DNA from: Basidiobolus meristosporus CBS 931.73
Taxonomy: Eukaryota > Fungi > Basidiobolomycota
Assembly: GCA_002104905.1 (NCBI GenBank)
Contig: MCFE01000666.1
Location: 1 to 48,370 of the forward strand
Length of the DNA: 48,370 nucleotides
Direction: 5' to 3'
The notes beneath the pieces were generated by a model that saw only the letters and a list, made by a program, of their open reading frames with translations, was not told where the DNA came from and made no database searches. Positions 46,701 through 48,370 of the stretch are shown one piece after another. The translations under genes were made by a program, and so were the position numbers. Every line of letters begins with the position of its first letter. Position 1 is the first letter of the stretch.

Positions 46701-47837
46701 ACCACTACTTTAAACAGCAAATATGCTGTGATGCTCTAGAGTCAATATACCATTTATTACTTTGCTTACATGCACTCTCTTGTACAATGACAAATAATTA
46801 TTCATCAGTAGTTATATGGTTTGCCTGCTATAGCTTCTGCTTTTGTCTGCTTGTTTCCTCTTGTATTCTCTTGCCCATTGTCCTTGCTTCTTACAGTAGC
46901 TACAGCAACCAGGTTTTCTTCAGTTTTGTTGCTTTCCATTCTTTTCTATGTGCCTTTCTGAGCTGAATAAAGTATTATCCTTTATTTTCTCTGCTGGATC
47001 ATTACATCTGAGCTGTTCATTGAGATGTCTTCCTTTGACATAGTGTATAGTCAGATTGTTTTGTCTGCTTTCAAATAAAAGTAACAGTGGATCATACTCA
47101 TCTGGTAAGCTGCAAAGCAGACAGAGTATCTTTTTGTTCTTATATACACCAGCATTAATACTCTAAAATTCTTCTGCAGGTGTCTCCATTCCGGTATTGA
47201 GATGTAGCATGTCATCATCTGGCTTCTTCCTCATGTTGAAGAACCTTTATTTTAAATACAGCTTGCTAGATACTGTCTTGCACTGAGGATCTTCTCCAAG
47301 GATTCCAAAGCATGAATTTGCCCAATGAAAGAATTTTGAACATTGATACATATGGCATCAAAGGCTTTTCTCTCATTCTCTTGAACTTTCCTCTGCTCCT
47401 GCTGTTCCTTTTTGCCCAACTTCTCTTCCTGGTACTCTATTGCAAAGCTTTCTTTCCTCAAGGTGGATCTGCATCTTCATTCTCTAAAGTCTGTAGTTCT
47501 TCCGATCTAGCCTCTCCTTGAATGGGAAGATGTTTGTATTGTTCTGTTTGCTGGTAATGACATCTTTAGAAAGAATTAAGGTTATCAGGACTAATAGCCT
47601 GTTACAACTTAAGTGATGACTTGGGTATAAGGTACTTATCAGACATGGGTTTGTACATAATGTATGATACAGATGTTAATTTGATCTTGAATATAGGGGA
47701 ATAATCATAGCATCATAGATCTGAAGAAAGTGAAGAGTTAGGGCTATAGGTTGGTCCTACAGTGACTAAGACTAGTCCAGAATTATTAAGTAAATTTTTA
47801 GCTATTGAATGATACTATACAGTCAACTATTACAATA
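43797..47837 (-). mobile_element. Decayed full-span Copia family-II element
   Basis: Partial 3' LTR 43797-43970, PPT TGAGGGGGTGGG, RNase H (DGYSYSD..STTRYVF..KQPTVALSTTEVEY), RT (LYVDNL), IN and PR (WYIDSRASQH). Degenerate PBS GGCTATTAGTCCTG and 5' LTR about 47600-47837. Confidence 0.82.
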
Positions 47838-48085
47838 AAAGTTTTAGATGTTTGATCTGTTGCATTTCCAGGTAGACTACTAATATATTTGCCATAAAGT
47901 TTGCTCCTCTATTGGACAAGACTTCCACAGGGTATCCAAGCTTTTTTGATCCACAGCATGCTTGTAACCTTGAGGATAGGTTTGGTATGGGTTGAGAAAT
48001 AATAATAATGCATGAAAAAACAGATCTATTAAGCTGATTGCACCATAGCAACTCATATCACCTCTGCCCAATTTTGTATCAGCAT
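47838..48085 (-). pseudogene. Gypsy-type integrase core remnant
   Basis: GYPVEVLSNRGANFMANIL...IKHLK resembles the G.P..I.SD.G..F core motif. Confidence 0.5.
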
Positions 48086-48094
48086 TAATATGAC

Positions 48095-48206
48095 TTACTC
48101 ACCTGAATTACCTTTTCTCATCAATCTCATCACTACTACTGGATTATCTTTTAACATTTTAGAGGAGATTTATACAAAGTACTGTGAACCATGTACCCCA
48201 ATCCAC
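48095..48206 (+). pseudogene. Third Harbinger transposase fragment (N-terminal part)
   Basis: FLINLITTTGLSFNILEEIYTKYCEPCTP matches FLINPITTIGFPFDTLEEIYSKYCGPSTP of copy 1. Confidence 0.75.
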
Positions 48207-48370
48207 TGCTGAAATATTGGACTATTTGGTATCATTCTGCAGCTAAAAATTTACTTAACAATTCTGGACTAGTCTTGGTCACTATGAGACTAATTTACAG
48301 CTCTAACTATGCCACTTTCTTCAGATCTATGACCTTATGAATATATTCATATAGTCAGGATCAAATTAGC
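48207..48370 (+). repeat. Copia family-II LTR, runs off the window end
   Basis: TGCTGAAATATTGGACT... is the reverse complement of the LTR ends at 43970 and 47837. Confidence 0.75.

Noticed and set aside
1-48370. Classical ascomycete RIP as the cause of decay
   Set aside because: The clearest changes are at CpG. CpA changes exist but I cannot quantify them by eye, and frameshifts and transversions are also common.

Overview
This window is entirely eukaryotic transposable-element DNA, a deeply nested TE cluster. I found no host gene, rRNA, tRNA or CRISPR array. A fungal origin is plausible from the element types but cannot be shown from the sequence. One Ty1/Copia family (349-bp LTRs, half-tRNA-iMet PBS) dominates with at least seven copies inserted into each other. 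One copy (3191-7876) is full length with an uninterrupted 1323-aa Gag-Pol ORF. The window also holds a second, older Copia family, a Ty3/Gypsy element with ~1.2-kb LTRs (two solo LTRs plus a 5'-truncated element), and two to three further unassigned LTRs. A two-gene PIF/Harbinger DNA transposon occurs as two copies plus a fragment, and a 734-bp foldback element built from Harbinger ends sits in the Gypsy integrase. Most insertion boundaries are fixed by target-site duplications read directly from the sequence, so the insertion order can be reconstructed. CpG is strongly depleted and paralog differences are mostly C-to-T/G-to-A, consistent with cytosine methylation. The most unusual items are the foldback Harbinger derivative, the compact Harbinger pair with its TAGTGCC motif clusters, and the Gypsy LTR architecture (variable TAAAGGGG/hairpin array, retained CpG cluster, terminal hairpin). 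All mismatch and repeat counts are manual. I cannot establish that anything here is a previously undescribed system without database searches.
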